Source of the DNA: Syntrophales bacterium | GTDB taxonomy: Bacteria; Desulfobacterota; Syntrophia; Syntrophales; PHBD01 | Direction of reading: 5' to 3' | DNA: 64,000 bases | Assembly (NCBI GenBank): GCA_963668175.1 | Contig: OY764159.1 | Location: 1,920,001 to 1,984,000, forward strand | Shown: positions 29,674 through 40,653 of the stretch, one piece after another | How the letters are laid out: every line of letters starts with the position of its first letter | How positions within the stretch are numbered: position 1 is the stretch's first letter | Notes under the pieces: generated by a model | The model's database searches: none | What the model was told of the DNA's origin: nothing | Seen by the model: the letters and a program-made list of their open reading frames with translations, nothing else | Made by a program: the position numbers and the translations under genes

Positions 29674-30453
29674 TCAACCGGGCGGCTTTCCCCAGTGTAT
29701 CGTTTTGTACTGGCGGTAAAGGACGAATGCGCCCCAGGCGAAGGCGGCGATCATGAGGACGATGCCTATCCTGTTTGCAAGCAAAGCCAGCGTGTGGTCG
29801 TATTTGAGCCAGCCCAGGTCCCGCAGCATGTGGTGCCAGTCGTGCATGTCGGGGTTGTCGCTCCCGATGTTGCCGCCCACAAGCGGGATTTGCAGCGCGC
29901 GGGCGTCGTTGACGTAAGGCGCGATATCCATGAAACTCTCCGCCGTCCACCACAGGGCGATCGAAGCGGCGAAGGGGTTCCGATAGAAGAGGAAGGCGCC
30001 CAGGCAGACGAGGGGCATCAGGATCTGGCCGAGCGTTCCGCCGAGGATGCCGATGAACTCGCCGAAGAGGCCGAAGACGACGTGGCCCGCTTCGTGAAAG
30101 GCCAGGTTCACGCCGTGGAGGAAGGTCTCGGCGAAGTAGGCGCTCGCCATCGGCGTGGCGATGAATTTCCAGCCCCAGATGAAGACGATGAGGTAGGCGA
30201 GCATCCGGCCCGCCCAGTAGAAGGGATTCTCCTCCCCGCCGGAGCCGAAGAGGAATTCCGTAAGGGCGCCCTGCCGCTCCGTCTCCGGTTTCTTAACCGC
30301 CGCTCCTGCCGCAGCCGGCTTTTCCGCTTCGATCCGGGTTGTCTCCCGGCCGTCGCCGCCATCGGGCTTTTCGAGCTTCGCGAAAATGACGCCGCAGCGC
30401 ACACACTCCTGCCTGCCTTCTTCCTGTGTGGCGTTGCATTTGGGGCAGATCAA
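29674..30453 (-). CDS. Zinc-ribbon + membrane HExxH (M50B-like) protein
   Basis: TTG start with AAGGAG RBS; CPKC..CVRC ribbon; FHEAGH, GGTLGQ, HDW; several TM helices. Confidence 0.78.
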   Translation of the reverse strand: MICPKCNATQEEGRQECVRCGVIFAKLEKPDGGDGRETTRIEAEKPAAAGAAVKKPETERQGALTEFLFGSGGEENPFYWAGRMLAYLIVFIWGWKFIATPMASAYFAETFLHGVNLAFHEAGHVVFGLFGEFIGILGGTLGQILMPLVCLGAFLFYRNPFAASIALWWTAESFMDIAPYVNDARALQIPLVGGNIGSDNPDMHDWHHMLRDLGWLKYDHTLALLANRIGIVLMIAAFAWGAFVLYRQYKTIHWGKPPG

Positions 30454-30761
30454 GATTCCCTCTCCTTTCCGGAAATATCTCCGTTCGTGCCGGCCAGTAT
30501 AGGGACGGCCGCCCGGTCTGTCAAGGGCCGCCCGGCCGTCTTGTTCTTCTTGATCCGTCCCGCATGCCTGTCCGTTTGCAGGAGGCATGAAGCCGGAGAC
30601 CGGAGCGGCGGGCATGTGCTTTCGGCAGCTTGGGAAAGGGGGTATTGCCATGGCCGCCCGCCCGGTATATACTTGAAACAGGCTCACCGTCGAATTTCGG
30701 GGAGCCGGCCGGCCGCCGGTCCGGTAACTCTCAGGTCAATGCAGGAAAGGAGAAACCCGCC

Positions 30762-31355
30762 ATGAAGCATCTTGTCGTCTATTCCCATCCTAATTTCGGA
30801 AGTTTCAGCCACGCCATCCTGGATGTCGTCAGGGAAACGCTCGACGCCCTGAAGCACGATGTCGTCGTGAGGGACCTTTACGCCCTCGACTTCAACCCCG
30901 TGCTTTCGAGCGCCGATTTCGCCGCCCTCCATGCCGGCGACGTGCCCTCGGACGTCAAGGCCGAGCAGGATTACATCGTTTGGTCGGACATGGTCACCGT
31001 CATCCATCCGATCTGGTGAACGGGTTTGCCCGCGATGATCAAGGGCTACATCGACCGGGTCTTCAGCCACGGGTTCGCATACCGTATCGGCGCGAACGGC
31101 GTTGAGAAACTCCTTACAGGCAAGAAGGTTGTCGTCTTCAATACCCAGGGGACACCGGCGGATATCTACGAACGGTCCGGCATGTTCGGCGCCATGAGGA
31201 TGACGTCCGATACGGGTATTTACGAATTCTGCGGCATGACCGTCCTGGCCCATCGATTTTTCGACGCCGTGCCCTATGTGGACGAAACGGCGAGAAAGGG
31301 CTTTCTGGACGCCGTCCGCAAAACCACGGCGGATGCGGCCGCTTCCATCGCATGA
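30762..31355 (+). pseudogene. Flavodoxin-2 / NAD(P)H quinone oxidoreductase (MdaB/KefF-like) with an in-frame TGA
   Basis: YSHPN..RDLY..IHPIW*TGLPAMIKGYIDRVF; TGA at 31017-31019 sits where the family has PxWW; both halves are in the same frame. Confidence 0.8.
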
Positions 31356-31480
31356 TGGCCCGGGTGCTCGTCCGTATGTATGCTCGCCCACTAATTCCGG
31401 GGACATCCATCCCCCGGTCAGGGGGCGCGGTGATAAGTTTTATCAGGGGGAAAACGGAGATTTCCCCTGACTTCCCGGAA

Positions 31481-31795
31481 TTAGAGCATGTGCGATCTCG
31501 CCGCTTCCATGGCGAGGTCCCTGTTCCGGGTGAAGAGGTGCCACATCAGGTCCGCACTGTGGATGCCGGCCTTCTTGTCCTGCCCCCGGGCCTGGTACCA
31601 GCGCCCGAAGCGCTCGACCGTGGCGAAGGGGTGGTTTTCGGGGCAGAGGATGCTGCAGGGGCGGAACTCTCTGAAGAATATGGTCTCGTCGGGGACGGCG
31701 TCGTACGCCAGGTCTTCCGGCAAGACGATAGCGGACACATCGACGCCTTGCGCTTCCTGCTGGTCGAGCCATTCTGACAGTGCAGAGATCGTCAT
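31481..31795 (-). CDS. Hypothetical protein (104 aa)
   Basis: GGGAGG RBS; host-like codon usage; CxxxC..H. Confidence 0.65.
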   Translation of the reverse strand: MTISALSEWLDQQEAQGVDVSAIVLPEDLAYDAVPDETIFFREFRPCSILCPENHPFATVERFGRWYQARGQDKKAGIHSADLMWHLFTRNRDLAMEAARSHML

Positions 31796-31808
31796 CCCGC
31801 CTCCCTGT

Positions 31809-31859
31809 GGGCTGTTGAAAAACACCCGTCTGCGGTGCGTGCCCCCTGCATAGGGGGTT
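31809..31859. repeat. Partial/deleted MITE-like copy
   Basis: Left IR GGCTGTTGAAAAAC joined to TGCGTGCCCCCTGCATAGGGGGTT. Confidence 0.7.
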
Positions 31860-31951
31860 GCGATTCCTTATTATACACCAACCCGTCTCGATTCCGCCAT
31901 TGCTATGAAACGATCAATCTGTTACAGCGGAAGAAAAAACAAAGGTGCGCT

Positions 31952-32776
31952 ATGGACTTTATGACGATAGACGAAGCGAAATGCAAAAGGGACGGCCTCT
32001 GCGCCGCCGAATGCCCCGTGGGCCTGATCGAAAGGCCGGACAAGACGACGTTCCCGAAAGCTGCGGAAGATGCCGAGTCGCTGTGCGTCCGGTGCGGCCA
32101 TTGTGTGGCCGTCTGCCCGCACGGAGCCCTAGCGCTCCGCGGCATGCGCCCGGAGGACTGCGACCCCGTCGACGATCGCCTCCGCCCGAGCGCCGCGCAG
32201 GCCGAATATTTTCTCCGGAGCCGGCGTTCCATCCGCTCATACAAGGACAAACCGGTCGGCCGGGAGACCGTCGCGAAGCTCATCGACATCGCCCGTTATG
32301 CCCCTTCGGGCCATAACAACCAGCTGACGGAGTGGCTCGTCATCTACGACAGGAAAGACGTTCAGAGGTACGCCGCCCTGGTGGTCGACTGGATGAGGCA
32401 CATCGTCGGGAACGACCCGGAGATGGCCGACCGGCTTCACGCGGACCTGATCGTCAAAATATGGGAGAACGGCTACGACCGGATCTGTCGGAACGCCCCC
32501 CACGTTGTCGTCGCCCACGGGCCGGAAGACAACCCGATGCTCCAGTCCACCTGTACCATCGCCCTGACCTACCTGGAACTGGCGGCGGCGTCCATGAACG
32601 TCGGGGCCTGCTGGGCGGGATACTTCCACCGGGCCGCCGTGGACTGGGCGCCCATGAAAGAGGCCCTGGGGCTGCCTGCGGGCAACGCCGTCTTCGGCGC
32701 CATGATGGTCGGCTACCCGAAATATGCCTACCGCCGCATCCCTCTCCGCAAAGAGGCAAAGATCATCTGGAAGTGA
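31952..32776 (+). CDS. Nitroreductase with N-terminal 2x[4Fe-4S] ferredoxin domain
   Basis: CKRDGLCAAECP, CVRCGHCVAVCP, RRSIRSY, APSGHN. Confidence 0.93.
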   Translation: MDFMTIDEAKCKRDGLCAAECPVGLIERPDKTTFPKAAEDAESLCVRCGHCVAVCPHGALALRGMRPEDCDPVDDRLRPSAAQAEYFLRSRRSIRSYKDKPVGRETVAKLIDIARYAPSGHNNQLTEWLVIYDRKDVQRYAALVVDWMRHIVGNDPEMADRLHADLIVKIWENGYDRICRNAPHVVVAHGPEDNPMLQSTCTIALTYLELAAASMNVGACWAGYFHRAAVDWAPMKEALGLPAGNAVFGAMMVGYPKYAYRRIPLRKEAKIIWK

Positions 32777-32846
32777 GAGGGAACGGAGGTGACGATGACG
32801 GCCGTCCGGCGGGGAAGCGGAACGGGAGGGACGGCAGGATTTGTTG

Positions 32847-33815
32847 TTACCATTTACGCCAGCGGTGCCAGCGGCCGGCCAGGGGAATGTCCCCCGGGCC
32901 CCCGTAGGTGAAAACGATGTCCGCCTCGCCCGTGCCGTGGGAGTTCTTCAGATAGAAACGCGACTCGCCCGGCCGGTAAACGCCGACGGTGTCGTAGCCT
33001 TTCCCCGTCCAGTCGCCGACGATCGGGATGTCTCCGGGGACGCCGTAGGAAAAAACGATGTCGGGCCGGCCGGGACCGTTCCTGTTTTTCAGGTAGAAGC
33101 GCGACTCGCTCGGCCGGTAGACGCCGATGCTGTCGTAGCCTTTTCCCGTCCAGTCCCCGGCCAGGGGTATGTCCCCCGGTTTGCCGAACTCGAAGCTGAT
33201 ATCCGCGTTCCCTTCGGAATTGTCGTATCGCAGGAAGAATTTGGCCTTTTGAGGCCGGTAGACGCCGGCGCTGACGGCGCCCTTGGGCCGCCATTTGCCG
33301 ACAATCGGGATGTCACCCGGTTTGCCGAACTGGAAACGGATATCGGCGGTGCCCCCGGTGTTGCTGTTTTTCAGGTAAAACATCGACTCGTCGGGTTGAT
33401 AGACCCCGACGGAATCGTACCCCTTGCCGGTCCAATCCCCCACGAGGGGGATATCCCCCCGCATGCCGTAATCGAAATCGGTGTCCGCGATGCCCGTCGC
33501 ATTGTTGTACTTTAAGTAAAATCTCGTCTCGCTGGGGCGGTAGACGCCGACGGTGTCCATGTTCTGCGATGCGGCCAGGACCGGCTGGCACATGGCTGAA
33601 AGCAGCAGGCTTGCGGCGGCAGCCGCAACGAAGCGCCGTCCCGGCCCGAGAAGAGTGCGAAGGCGGCCGTCCCGTTTTCCATGTGCATCGGGGCGCTCCG
33701 GGAATATACCTTCCCGGTCATTACTTATCTTGTCTCCGCCGGCAAAGGCGTAAGCGGCGGGATGATCGTTCCTCCGGGGGAGGGTCGCGTCGGTCTTTGA
33801 CATGATCTTCATCAT
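32847..33815 (-). CDS. Exported repeat protein with five ~46-aa FG-GAP-like repeats
   Basis: GDIP(L/I)xGDWTGKGYD(S/T)xGVYRP..FYLKN repeats; start uncertain. Confidence 0.75.
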   Translation of the reverse strand: MMKIMSKTDATLPRRNDHPAAYAFAGGDKISNDREGIFPERPDAHGKRDGRLRTLLGPGRRFVAAAAASLLLSAMCQPVLAASQNMDTVGVYRPSETRFYLKYNNATGIADTDFDYGMRGDIPLVGDWTGKGYDSVGVYQPDESMFYLKNSNTGGTADIRFQFGKPGDIPIVGKWRPKGAVSAGVYRPQKAKFFLRYDNSEGNADISFEFGKPGDIPLAGDWTGKGYDSIGVYRPSESRFYLKNRNGPGRPDIVFSYGVPGDIPIVGDWTGKGYDTVGVYRPGESRFYLKNSHGTGEADIVFTYGGPGDIPLAGRWHRWRKW

Positions 33816-34033
33816 ACCAAGAATGACATGACGGTCAAGGCCTTATTTTGCGACGGCTGGCGGCAGCTGATGCAGAGGCGAACTATGCGGAAACAGGACA
33901 TCTCCGACGGAACCTACGCCTGACGCCGGTCCCGGATGTATGCTGTAATGCCTGTGACGCCGTAGAAAGGGCCCGTCATCCGGCCGGGCCGCGGCTTCCG
34001 GGTACGGGCCTCTTCTTCCTGCGACGGCAGTTG

Positions 34034-35857
34034 CTAAAAATCGTCGTCCAGCGGCAATTCGGGTTGGCGTGGCCGGACGGATTTTTCTTTTCCCCGCGCC
34101 GGCGGCGCTGCATCGAGGACCGCATCCCGGGTGACGACCGCACCGGTATTGCCGCCCAGGACCAGGGACGACATATCCAGCACCATACCCTTCATCGTCG
34201 CGGCCTGGGAGGACAGCTCCTCGGCCGCCGCCGCCGATTCCTCGGCGCTGGCCGCCGTGTCCTGGACGACCTTGTCCATGGCGGATACGGCCTTGTTGAT
34301 CTGGTCGATCCCCTGGGATTGTTCCTGGGAAGCCGTCGCGATCTCGTCGACGAGGCTGCCGACCTTGCCGGCGATCTCCACGTTCTCCTTGAATATCTCC
34401 TGCGTCTGCGTGGTCAGCTCGTTGCTCTTGCGCACAACCTTGATCGTGTTCTCGATCAGCACGGTCGTGTTCTTGGCGGCATCCGCCGCGCGCATGGCGA
34501 GGTTCCTCACTTCCTCGGCGACCACGGCGAAACCCGCCCCGGCTTCCCCCGCCCGGGCCGCTTCCACGGCGGCGTTCAGGGCGAGGAGATTCGTCTGGAA
34601 GGCGATCTCGTCGATCGTCCTGACGATCTTCGACGTCTCTTCGCTGGTCTTGGTCACTTCCTGGATGGCCGATGCCATATCGGTCATACGGTCGTTGACT
34701 TTGGAGACGATGGCCCTTGTTTCCGCCATCAGCGATTTGGCGGCTACGGCGTTCTCGGCGTTGCGCTTCGTCATGGAGGACATCTCTTCCAGCGACGACG
34801 AGGTCTCCTCGATGGCGGAGGCCTGCTGCGCGGCGCCGTCGGCCAGGGACTGGCTCGTCATGGCGACCTCGGAAGAAGCGGAGGCCACCTGATCGGCGCC
34901 CGCGTCGAGACCGCCGGATATCCTTGTGATCGGCCCGACGACGGATCGGACGATGAGAATGAGCAGGGCCATCAGAACGGCCACGCCGCCGACCAGGAGG
35001 ACCAGATTAACGACGGTCATCCGGTTCGCCGCGGCGAGCACTTCACTCGTGGGCGCCACCACCAGCACGGTCCATCCTACGTTCCGGCAGGGGTATAAAT
35101 AGGCCGTCCTCTTCGTATTCTGAAAGGTGTAGCTGATTTGTCCCTGCTTCTGCTTCATCATCTCCCGGCCGAACTCCTGATCCTTCAGGTTCAGTTTCAT
35201 GATCAGGCTCTTGTCCTTGTGGGCGAAGACAAGCCCGGTCTCTTCGTACAGGGCGACGTAGCCGGTGGTGAATACCTTCGCCCCCTCCACGAGACTCTCG
35301 CTGAACTTCACCAGATCCGGCACGCCGACCAGGACGCCGATCACCCGGTCGCCGTCCGTGATGGGCGAGGCGATGGCCAGGGACGCTTGACCGGTGGTGC
35401 GGGAGAGATAGACCTCGGAGACGTTGGTCTCGCCCTTCATGGCCTTCTGGAAGTAGGCCCGGTCCGGGACCTTGACCTTGCCGATGGCATCCGGCATCGA
35501 CGATGCGACGACATTGCCTTGCTGGTCGGCGATATTGAAGTAGGCGAACCCCGAGGTGGCCTTGACGATTTCAGCCATGGCGGCGTTCGCGATGCCCACC
35601 GACTTTTCGTCCCCCGATTTCAGGACGTTCCTGAAGACGTCCCGCGGGGCCTGCGTACGCACCGTGGACATGGCATTGGCCACCCACAGGTCGACCAGGT
35701 TGGCCCTCGCTTCGCCGATCGTCCGGAACATCTCGGTCGCATTGTCGCTGAGCGTCCGGGACGAGATCCAGTAAGTGACGCCCGTGGATACGCCCATGGC
35801 GAGAACGACCAGTAAAAACGTCGGTATCAAAACCCTCTTCTGCAGACTCCAGCGCAT
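34034..35857 (-). CDS. Methyl-accepting chemotaxis protein (dCache), copy 1
   Basis: TM-dCache-[26 protein letters not shown]-terminal LDDDF. Confidence 0.96.
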   Translation of the reverse strand: MRWSLQKRVLIPTFLLVVLAMGVSTGVTYWISSRTLSDNATEMFRTIGEARANLVDLWVANAMSTVRTQAPRDVFRNVLKSGDEKSVGIANAAMAEIVKATSGFAYFNIADQQGNVVASSMPDAIGKVKVPDRAYFQKAMKGETNVSEVYLSRTTGQASLAIASPITDGDRVIGVLVGVPDLVKFSESLVEGAKVFTTGYVALYEETGLVFAHKDKSLIMKLNLKDQEFGREMMKQKQGQISYTFQNTKRTAYLYPCRNVGWTVLVVAPTSEVLAAANRMTVVNLVLLVGGVAVLMALLILIVRSVVGPITRISGGLDAGADQVASASSEVAMTSQSLADGAAQQASAIEETSSSLEEMSSMTKRNAENAVAAKSLMAETRAIVSKVNDRMTDMASAIQEVTKTSEETSKIVRTIDEIAFQTNLLALNAAVEAARAGEAGAGFAVVAEEVRNLAMRAADAAKNTTVLIENTIKVVRKSNELTTQTQEIFKENVEIAGKVGSLVDEIATASQEQSQGIDQINKAVSAMDKVVQDTAASAEESAAAAEELSSQAATMKGMVLDMSSLVLGGNTGAVVTRDAVLDAAPPARGKEKSVRPRQPELPLDDDF

Positions 35858-36297
35858 AGAACCTCCTTATTTTCCTGCGGCCGACACATGTGGCTTCCGC
35901 CGGTCGCCGGGGCTCGGCGAAACGGCCCTCCATCTTTTCCACCGCTTCGTGTGTTTCAAATGCGGAATGACGGAAACGCAGGTCAACCGCAAGTTGGCCG
36001 GCGGCATGGGGCCGCCGGGACCTGCTGAATATGATGATGGATAAACGGTTGGTTGATGAACGACGTTCGCTTGTCTACGGCCTTAAGAGAGATTCGGAAA
36101 CAACCGGGGAAAAGTGCGGGGAAAAGCAGGCTTTATATCGCTTCTGGTTGCGCGCGCAAGGGGAACGGGACCGATGCCCTCCTGTTTGTAAAATGGGGTC
36201 CGGCAAGTGCCTCCCCGGTATCGTGACCGACACCGGAAAATGCCGGCAACCGGCTGTCGAGGCGTCCCCCTCCGTGAATCGCCGCTACGTATTTTAA

Positions 36298-36326
36298 TTA
36301 ATAGGGAAAGTGCCCGCGCCTGTCAA
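36298..36326 (-). promoter_or_regulatory. Putative sigma-70 promoter of MCP1
   Basis: TTGACA-N17-TATTAA, conserved upstream of MCP2. Confidence 0.5.
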
Positions 36327-36596
36327 GCGGAATATCGTTCTTTGCCTATCCGCCGCCGGGCGGAAGCGTCCTGGGTCGCTCCCGGTCCGTTTTCGCAAGT
36401 GAGCGGACCGGGACGGAGCATGATGAAGGGCGCCGGCCTGTCGGAGGCCGGCGCCCTTGGCGGATTAATAGGTTTATCAGGGAAAATTTAAGGGATCCTC
36501 AACGCTGTTGCAGCTGTCGTTGGGACTCCCGCCTCTTTCATGGCAGCCGAGAAACGGTTCGGGTATTCGTTTCCCGAAGGAGGCCGTCCGCTTTTT

Positions 36597-38420
36597 CTAA
36601 AATTCGTCCCCCCCCGGCAGTGCCTTTTGAGGCGACCGGACGGGTTTTTTCTTGTCCATCTTGGACGGGGCGGCGGGAACGGTCGCATCCCGTGTGACGA
36701 CCGCACCGGTATTGCCGCCCAGGACCAGGGACGACATATCCACCACCATGCCCTTCATCGTCGCGGCCTGGGAGGACAGCTCCTCGGCCGCCGCCGCCGA
36801 TTCCTCGGCGCTGGCCGCCGTGTCCTGGACGACCTTGTCCATGGCGGATACGGCCTTGTTGATCTGGTCGATCCCCTGGGACTGTTCCTGGGAGGCCGAC
36901 GCGATCTCGTCGACGAGGCCGCCGACCTTGCCCGCGATCTCCACGTTCTCCTTGAATATCTCCTGCGTCTGCGTGGTCAGCTCGTTGCTCTTCCGCACGA
37001 CCTTGATCGTGTTCTCGATCAGCACGGTCGTATTCCTGGCAGCGTCGGCCGCCCGCATGGCGAGGTTCCTCACTTCCTCGGCGACGACGGCGAAGCCCGC
37101 CCCGGCCTCCCCCGCCCGGGCCGCTTCCACGGCGGCGTTCAGGGCGAGGAGGTTTGTCTGGAAGGCGATCTCGTCGATCGTCTTGACGATCTTCGACGTC
37201 TCTTCGCTGGTCTTGGTCACCTCCTGGATAGCGGCGGCCATACCGGTCATATGGTCGTTGACTTTGGACACAATGGCCCTCGTCTCCGCCATCAGTTCCT
37301 TGGCGGCGCTGGCGTTCTCGGCGTTGCGCTTCGTCATGGAGGACATCTCCTCCAGCGACGACGAGGTCTCCTCGATGGCGGAGGCCTGCTGTGCGGCGCC
37401 GTCGGCCAGGGACTGGCTCGTCGTGGCGACCTCGGATGAGGCCGACGCCACCTGATCGGCGCCCGCGTCGAGACCGCCGGATATCCTCGTGATCGGACCG
37501 ACGACGGATCGGACGATGATAATGAGCAGGGCCATCAGGACGGCCACGCCGCCGACCAGGAGAACCAGGTTGACGACGGTCATCCGGTTCGCCGCGGCGA
37601 GCACTTCACTCGTGGGCGCCGCTGCCAGCACGGTCCATCCCACAATCCGGCAGGGGTATATATAGGCCGTCTGCTTCGCGCCCTGAAAGGTGTAGCTGAT
37701 CTGGCCCTGCTTCAGCTTCATCATCTCGCGGCCGAACTCCTGATCCTTCAGGTTCAGCTTCATGATCTGACTCTTGTCCTTGTGGGCGAAGACGAGGCCG
37801 GTCTCTTCGTACAGGGCGACGTAGCCCGTCGTGAAGACCTTGGCCTTGTCTACGAGACTCTCGCCGAATTTCGTCAGGTCCGGCACGCCGATCAGTACGC
37901 CGATCACCCTGTCGCCGTCCTTGATGGGAGAGGCGAGGGCCAGGGACGCCTGCCCGGTGGTGCGGGAAAGAAATACGCTGGAGACGTTGGTCTGCCCCTT
38001 CAAGGCCTTCTGGAAATACTCCCGGTCGGGAACCTTGATCTTGCCGACGGCATCCTTCACGCCCGAAGCGATGATGTCCCCCTTCGGATCGGCAACATGG
38101 AAATAGGCGAAGGCCGAGGATATCTTGGCAAGTTCGACCATGGCGGCATTCGCGGCGGCGACGTTGTGTTCGTCCCCGGATTTCAGGACGGTTTTAAAGA
38201 TATCCCGCGTCGATGCCGCAATCATCGTTTCCGTGGCATCGTTCACCCACAGGTCGACGAGATTGGCCCTGGCCTCGCCGATGGTCCTCAGTATCTCTGA
38301 CGCATTGTCGTTGAGCGCCCGGGACGACATCCAGTAAGTGACTCCCGTGGAAATGCCCATGGCGAGAACGACGAGTAAGAATGTTGGTATTAAAACCCTT
38401 TTTTGCAGACTCCAGCGCAT
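36597..38420 (-). CDS. Methyl-accepting chemotaxis protein (dCache), copy 2
   Basis: Tandem paralogue of identical length (607 aa). Confidence 0.96.
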   Translation of the reverse strand: MRWSLQKRVLIPTFLLVVLAMGISTGVTYWMSSRALNDNASEILRTIGEARANLVDLWVNDATETMIAASTRDIFKTVLKSGDEHNVAAANAAMVELAKISSAFAYFHVADPKGDIIASGVKDAVGKIKVPDREYFQKALKGQTNVSSVFLSRTTGQASLALASPIKDGDRVIGVLIGVPDLTKFGESLVDKAKVFTTGYVALYEETGLVFAHKDKSQIMKLNLKDQEFGREMMKLKQGQISYTFQGAKQTAYIYPCRIVGWTVLAAAPTSEVLAAANRMTVVNLVLLVGGVAVLMALLIIIVRSVVGPITRISGGLDAGADQVASASSEVATTSQSLADGAAQQASAIEETSSSLEEMSSMTKRNAENASAAKELMAETRAIVSKVNDHMTGMAAAIQEVTKTSEETSKIVKTIDEIAFQTNLLALNAAVEAARAGEAGAGFAVVAEEVRNLAMRAADAARNTTVLIENTIKVVRKSNELTTQTQEIFKENVEIAGKVGGLVDEIASASQEQSQGIDQINKAVSAMDKVVQDTAASAEESAAAAEELSSQAATMKGMVVDMSSLVLGGNTGAVVTRDATVPAAPSKMDKKKPVRSPQKALPGGDEF

Positions 38421-38868
38421 AGAACCTCCTTCTATTCTTACGGCCGGTACAGCCTGTTCCGTCGATCGTCAGGTCTCGACGAAAGAATGCCCCCCCTCTT
38501 CTCCACCGCTTTGACGCGCCTTTGGCAGGCACGCCCCTGATACGGAATGTCAGAGATGCATCATAGCCGTATATCGGCCGGCGGCGGAAAGCCGCCGGGA
38601 CCGGCTTACGTTATGTTTGATTAACGGTTGATTGATTCATGGCGATCGCTTGCTTGCCGCCCGAAGAGAGATTCGGGAAAACCGGGGTAAGTTGCGGGGA
38701 TAAACGGCCCTTGTCTCGCTACCGGCTGAGCGTTTGCAGGATCTATACTCTCCTTTCGCTGTTTGTATCCGACAGGGCCTCTCCGGTGCTGAAACGAACG
38801 CCGGAAGATGCGCAATGCCGGATGTTGGCGCGTCCCGCCCCTCAATCGGGAACGCAGCTACTGTGCCT

Positions 38869-38898
38869 ATTTTATAGGGAAAATGACGGTGCTGTCAA
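38869..38898 (-). promoter_or_regulatory. Putative sigma-70 promoter of MCP2
   Basis: TTGACA-N18-TAAAAT. Confidence 0.5.
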
Positions 38899-39076
38899 GA
38901 AGAATAAAAGTGTAGGGTTTTTCAGACGCTTTATGGGCGGGCCTTTCCGGCTTTTCGCAGCGCTATTACCGCGTGGATACAGGGCTGCGACGGGCGAGAG
39001 GAAAGGAAAAGGGCGCCATCCCGTCCGGCAACCGGCGCCCTTCAAGGGGTTAAAAAAGTATGCTCCGGGAAACGCT

Positions 39077-40387
39077 TTAGGAGGCCCGCGTCGCCGTCCC
39101 GGCATTCGTCACATTCTCTGAGGGGTTCATGGCGGCGGCTGGCAGGTCCGGATGTTTGGCTTCCGGCGGCAGGCGGAGGCCGCGCGAGGGGATGACGCCG
39201 CCCTGCATCCGCCTTATCTGGCGGACGGCCTGGCGGATGCGTTCTTCGTTTTCCACCAGGGCGATGCGGAGCCAACCCTCGCCCTCCGGCCCGAAGCCGA
39301 TGCCCGGCGCGACGACGACGTTGGCCTCCTCGATGAGCCTGATGGAGTAATCCATGGAGCCCATGGCCCGGTAAGGCTCCGGGATCTCGGCCCAGACGAA
39401 CATGGAGGCCTTTGGCTTCTCCACGGTCCAGCCGATGGCGGCGAGTCCGTCGCAGAGGCAGTCGCGGCGGCTCTCGTAAATGGCCGCCTGCCCGCCGATG
39501 AAGTCGTCGCAGTCCCGGACGGCGATGATCGCCGCGATCTGGACGGCCTGGAAGAGGCCGTAGTCGTAATAGCCCTTGATCTTCCCCAGGGCCTCGACGA
39601 TCCGCGGGTGCCCGGCGCAGTAGCCTACGCGCCATCCCGCCATGTTGTAGCTCTTGGAGAGGGTGCCGAACTCGACGCCGACGTCCTTCGCGCCTTTCGC
39701 CTGGAGGAAGCTCGGGGCCTCGTAGCCGTCGAAGGTCACGCGGCCGTAGGCATGGTCGTGGACGACGATGAGCTTGCGGCGCTTCGCGATCCTCACCATC
39801 TCCTCGAAGAAGGCGAGATCGACGGTCTTCGTCGTCGGGTTGTGGGGATAGTTCAGCATGATCGCCTTCGGCGCCGGCGTGAGCGTGCGGCAGAGGTCGT
39901 CCACGCTCTGCAGGAAGGCTTCGTCTTCGACGATGGGGACGCGGACGATGGAGGCCCCGGCGATCGTGCACGAATAGATATGGATGGGGAAGGCGGGCAC
40001 GGGGACGAGGGCGGTGTCGCCCGGCCCGAGCAGGACGAGCGACAAATGGGAGACGCCCTCTTTGGAGCCGATGGTGCAGAGGATTTCGCCCGCGGGGTCC
40101 AGGGAGACGCCGTAATGCCTCTCGTAGTAGCGGCCGATCTCGCGCCTCAGGTTGTAGATCCCCGAGGCCACGGAGTACCGGTGGTTCCGCGGGTCGTTCA
40201 CGACCTCGCAGAGCTTGTCCACGACGGGCTGCGGCGTCGGGTCGCTGGGGTTGCCCATGGCGAAATCGATCATGTCGATCCCCGCCTTCCTCTTCTCCAG
40301 TTTGATCTTATTGAGCCGCCCGAAGAGATAGGGCGGCAGCATGTCCATGCGGTCTGAAAATGTTACGAAGTCTTCTGTATCGTTCAT
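39077..40387 (-). CDS. alaC: Alanine (glutamate-pyruvate) aminotransferase, class I PLP
   Basis: LPPYLF, MGNP, TIGSKEG, PIHIY, TLSKSYNMAGWR, DYG, PKASMFVWA, PGIGFG, ENEERIRQA all match AlaC/YfdZ as recalled; CAGGAG RBS. LL-DAP aminotransferase is the nearest alternative. Confidence 0.82.
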   Translation of the reverse strand: MNDTEDFVTFSDRMDMLPPYLFGRLNKIKLEKRKAGIDMIDFAMGNPSDPTPQPVVDKLCEVVNDPRNHRYSVASGIYNLRREIGRYYERHYGVSLDPAGEILCTIGSKEGVSHLSLVLLGPGDTALVPVPAFPIHIYSCTIAGASIVRVPIVEDEAFLQSVDDLCRTLTPAPKAIMLNYPHNPTTKTVDLAFFEEMVRIAKRRKLIVVHDHAYGRVTFDGYEAPSFLQAKGAKDVGVEFGTLSKSYNMAGWRVGYCAGHPRIVEALGKIKGYYDYGLFQAVQIAAIIAVRDCDDFIGGQAAIYESRRDCLCDGLAAIGWTVEKPKASMFVWAEIPEPYRAMGSMDYSIRLIEEANVVVAPGIGFGPEGEGWLRIALVENEERIRQAVRQIRRMQGGVIPSRGLRLPPEAKHPDLPAAAMNPSENVTNAGTATRAS

Positions 40388-40464
40388 GGCCGTTGTTCTC
40401 CTGAAAAATCGTCCCTCCGTTCGCCTGCCCTTTCGCCGCCGGAGGGGGGCGGGGAGAGGAAATG

Positions 40465-40495
40465 AAAAAAGCCCCGGACATATGCCGCCCGGGGC
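40465..40495 (-). terminator. Attenuator terminator in the alaC leader
   Basis: GCCCCGG-GCGGCATATGT-CCGGGGC-TTTTTT, about 78 nt before the alaC ATG. Confidence 0.88.
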
Positions 40496-40566
40496 CCTGA
40501 AAGCAGGAAGGCCATGGACGGCACGAATGCGACCGCCCATGGCCTTTGATGTCTTATGTGAAAAAG

Positions 40567-40653
40567 TTACAGGAAGGCATCACCAGCCATGGGCGGAAGA
40601 GCCCTGGCGGCCGCTGCTGCCGCTGCGAAATGGATCGTTCCCGTAACGTTCAT
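40567..40653 (-). CDS. Ala-rich leader peptide (28 aa; not in ORF track)
   Basis: MNVTGTIHFAAAAAAARALPPMAGDAFL*; Ala codons GCA GCG GCA GCA GCG GCC GCC; AAGAAAGG RBS. Confidence 0.85.
   Translation of the reverse strand: MNVTGTIHFAAAAAAARALPPMAGDAFL

Noticed and set aside
31017..31019. TGA as selenocysteine or an alternative genetic code
   Set aside because: The position is Trp, not Cys, in the family, and many intact genes here (sodC, cfa) end in TGA.
32870..33555. Regularly spaced DNA repeats resembling a CRISPR array
   Set aside because: In-frame ~138-bp coding repeats with synonymous variation; no cas genes.
36240..36290. c-di-GMP-I riboswitch-like fragments (GGGACGC..ACAGCCGGTTGCC) in the MCP1 leader
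   Set aside because: The GCAAAC-GNRA stem and GCAAAG core are missing, and the fragment is not conserved in the MCP2 leader.
36597..36614. MCP2 ends in the letters GGDEF
   Set aside because: Terminal pentapeptide equivalent to LDDDF of MCP1; no diguanylate cyclase domain.
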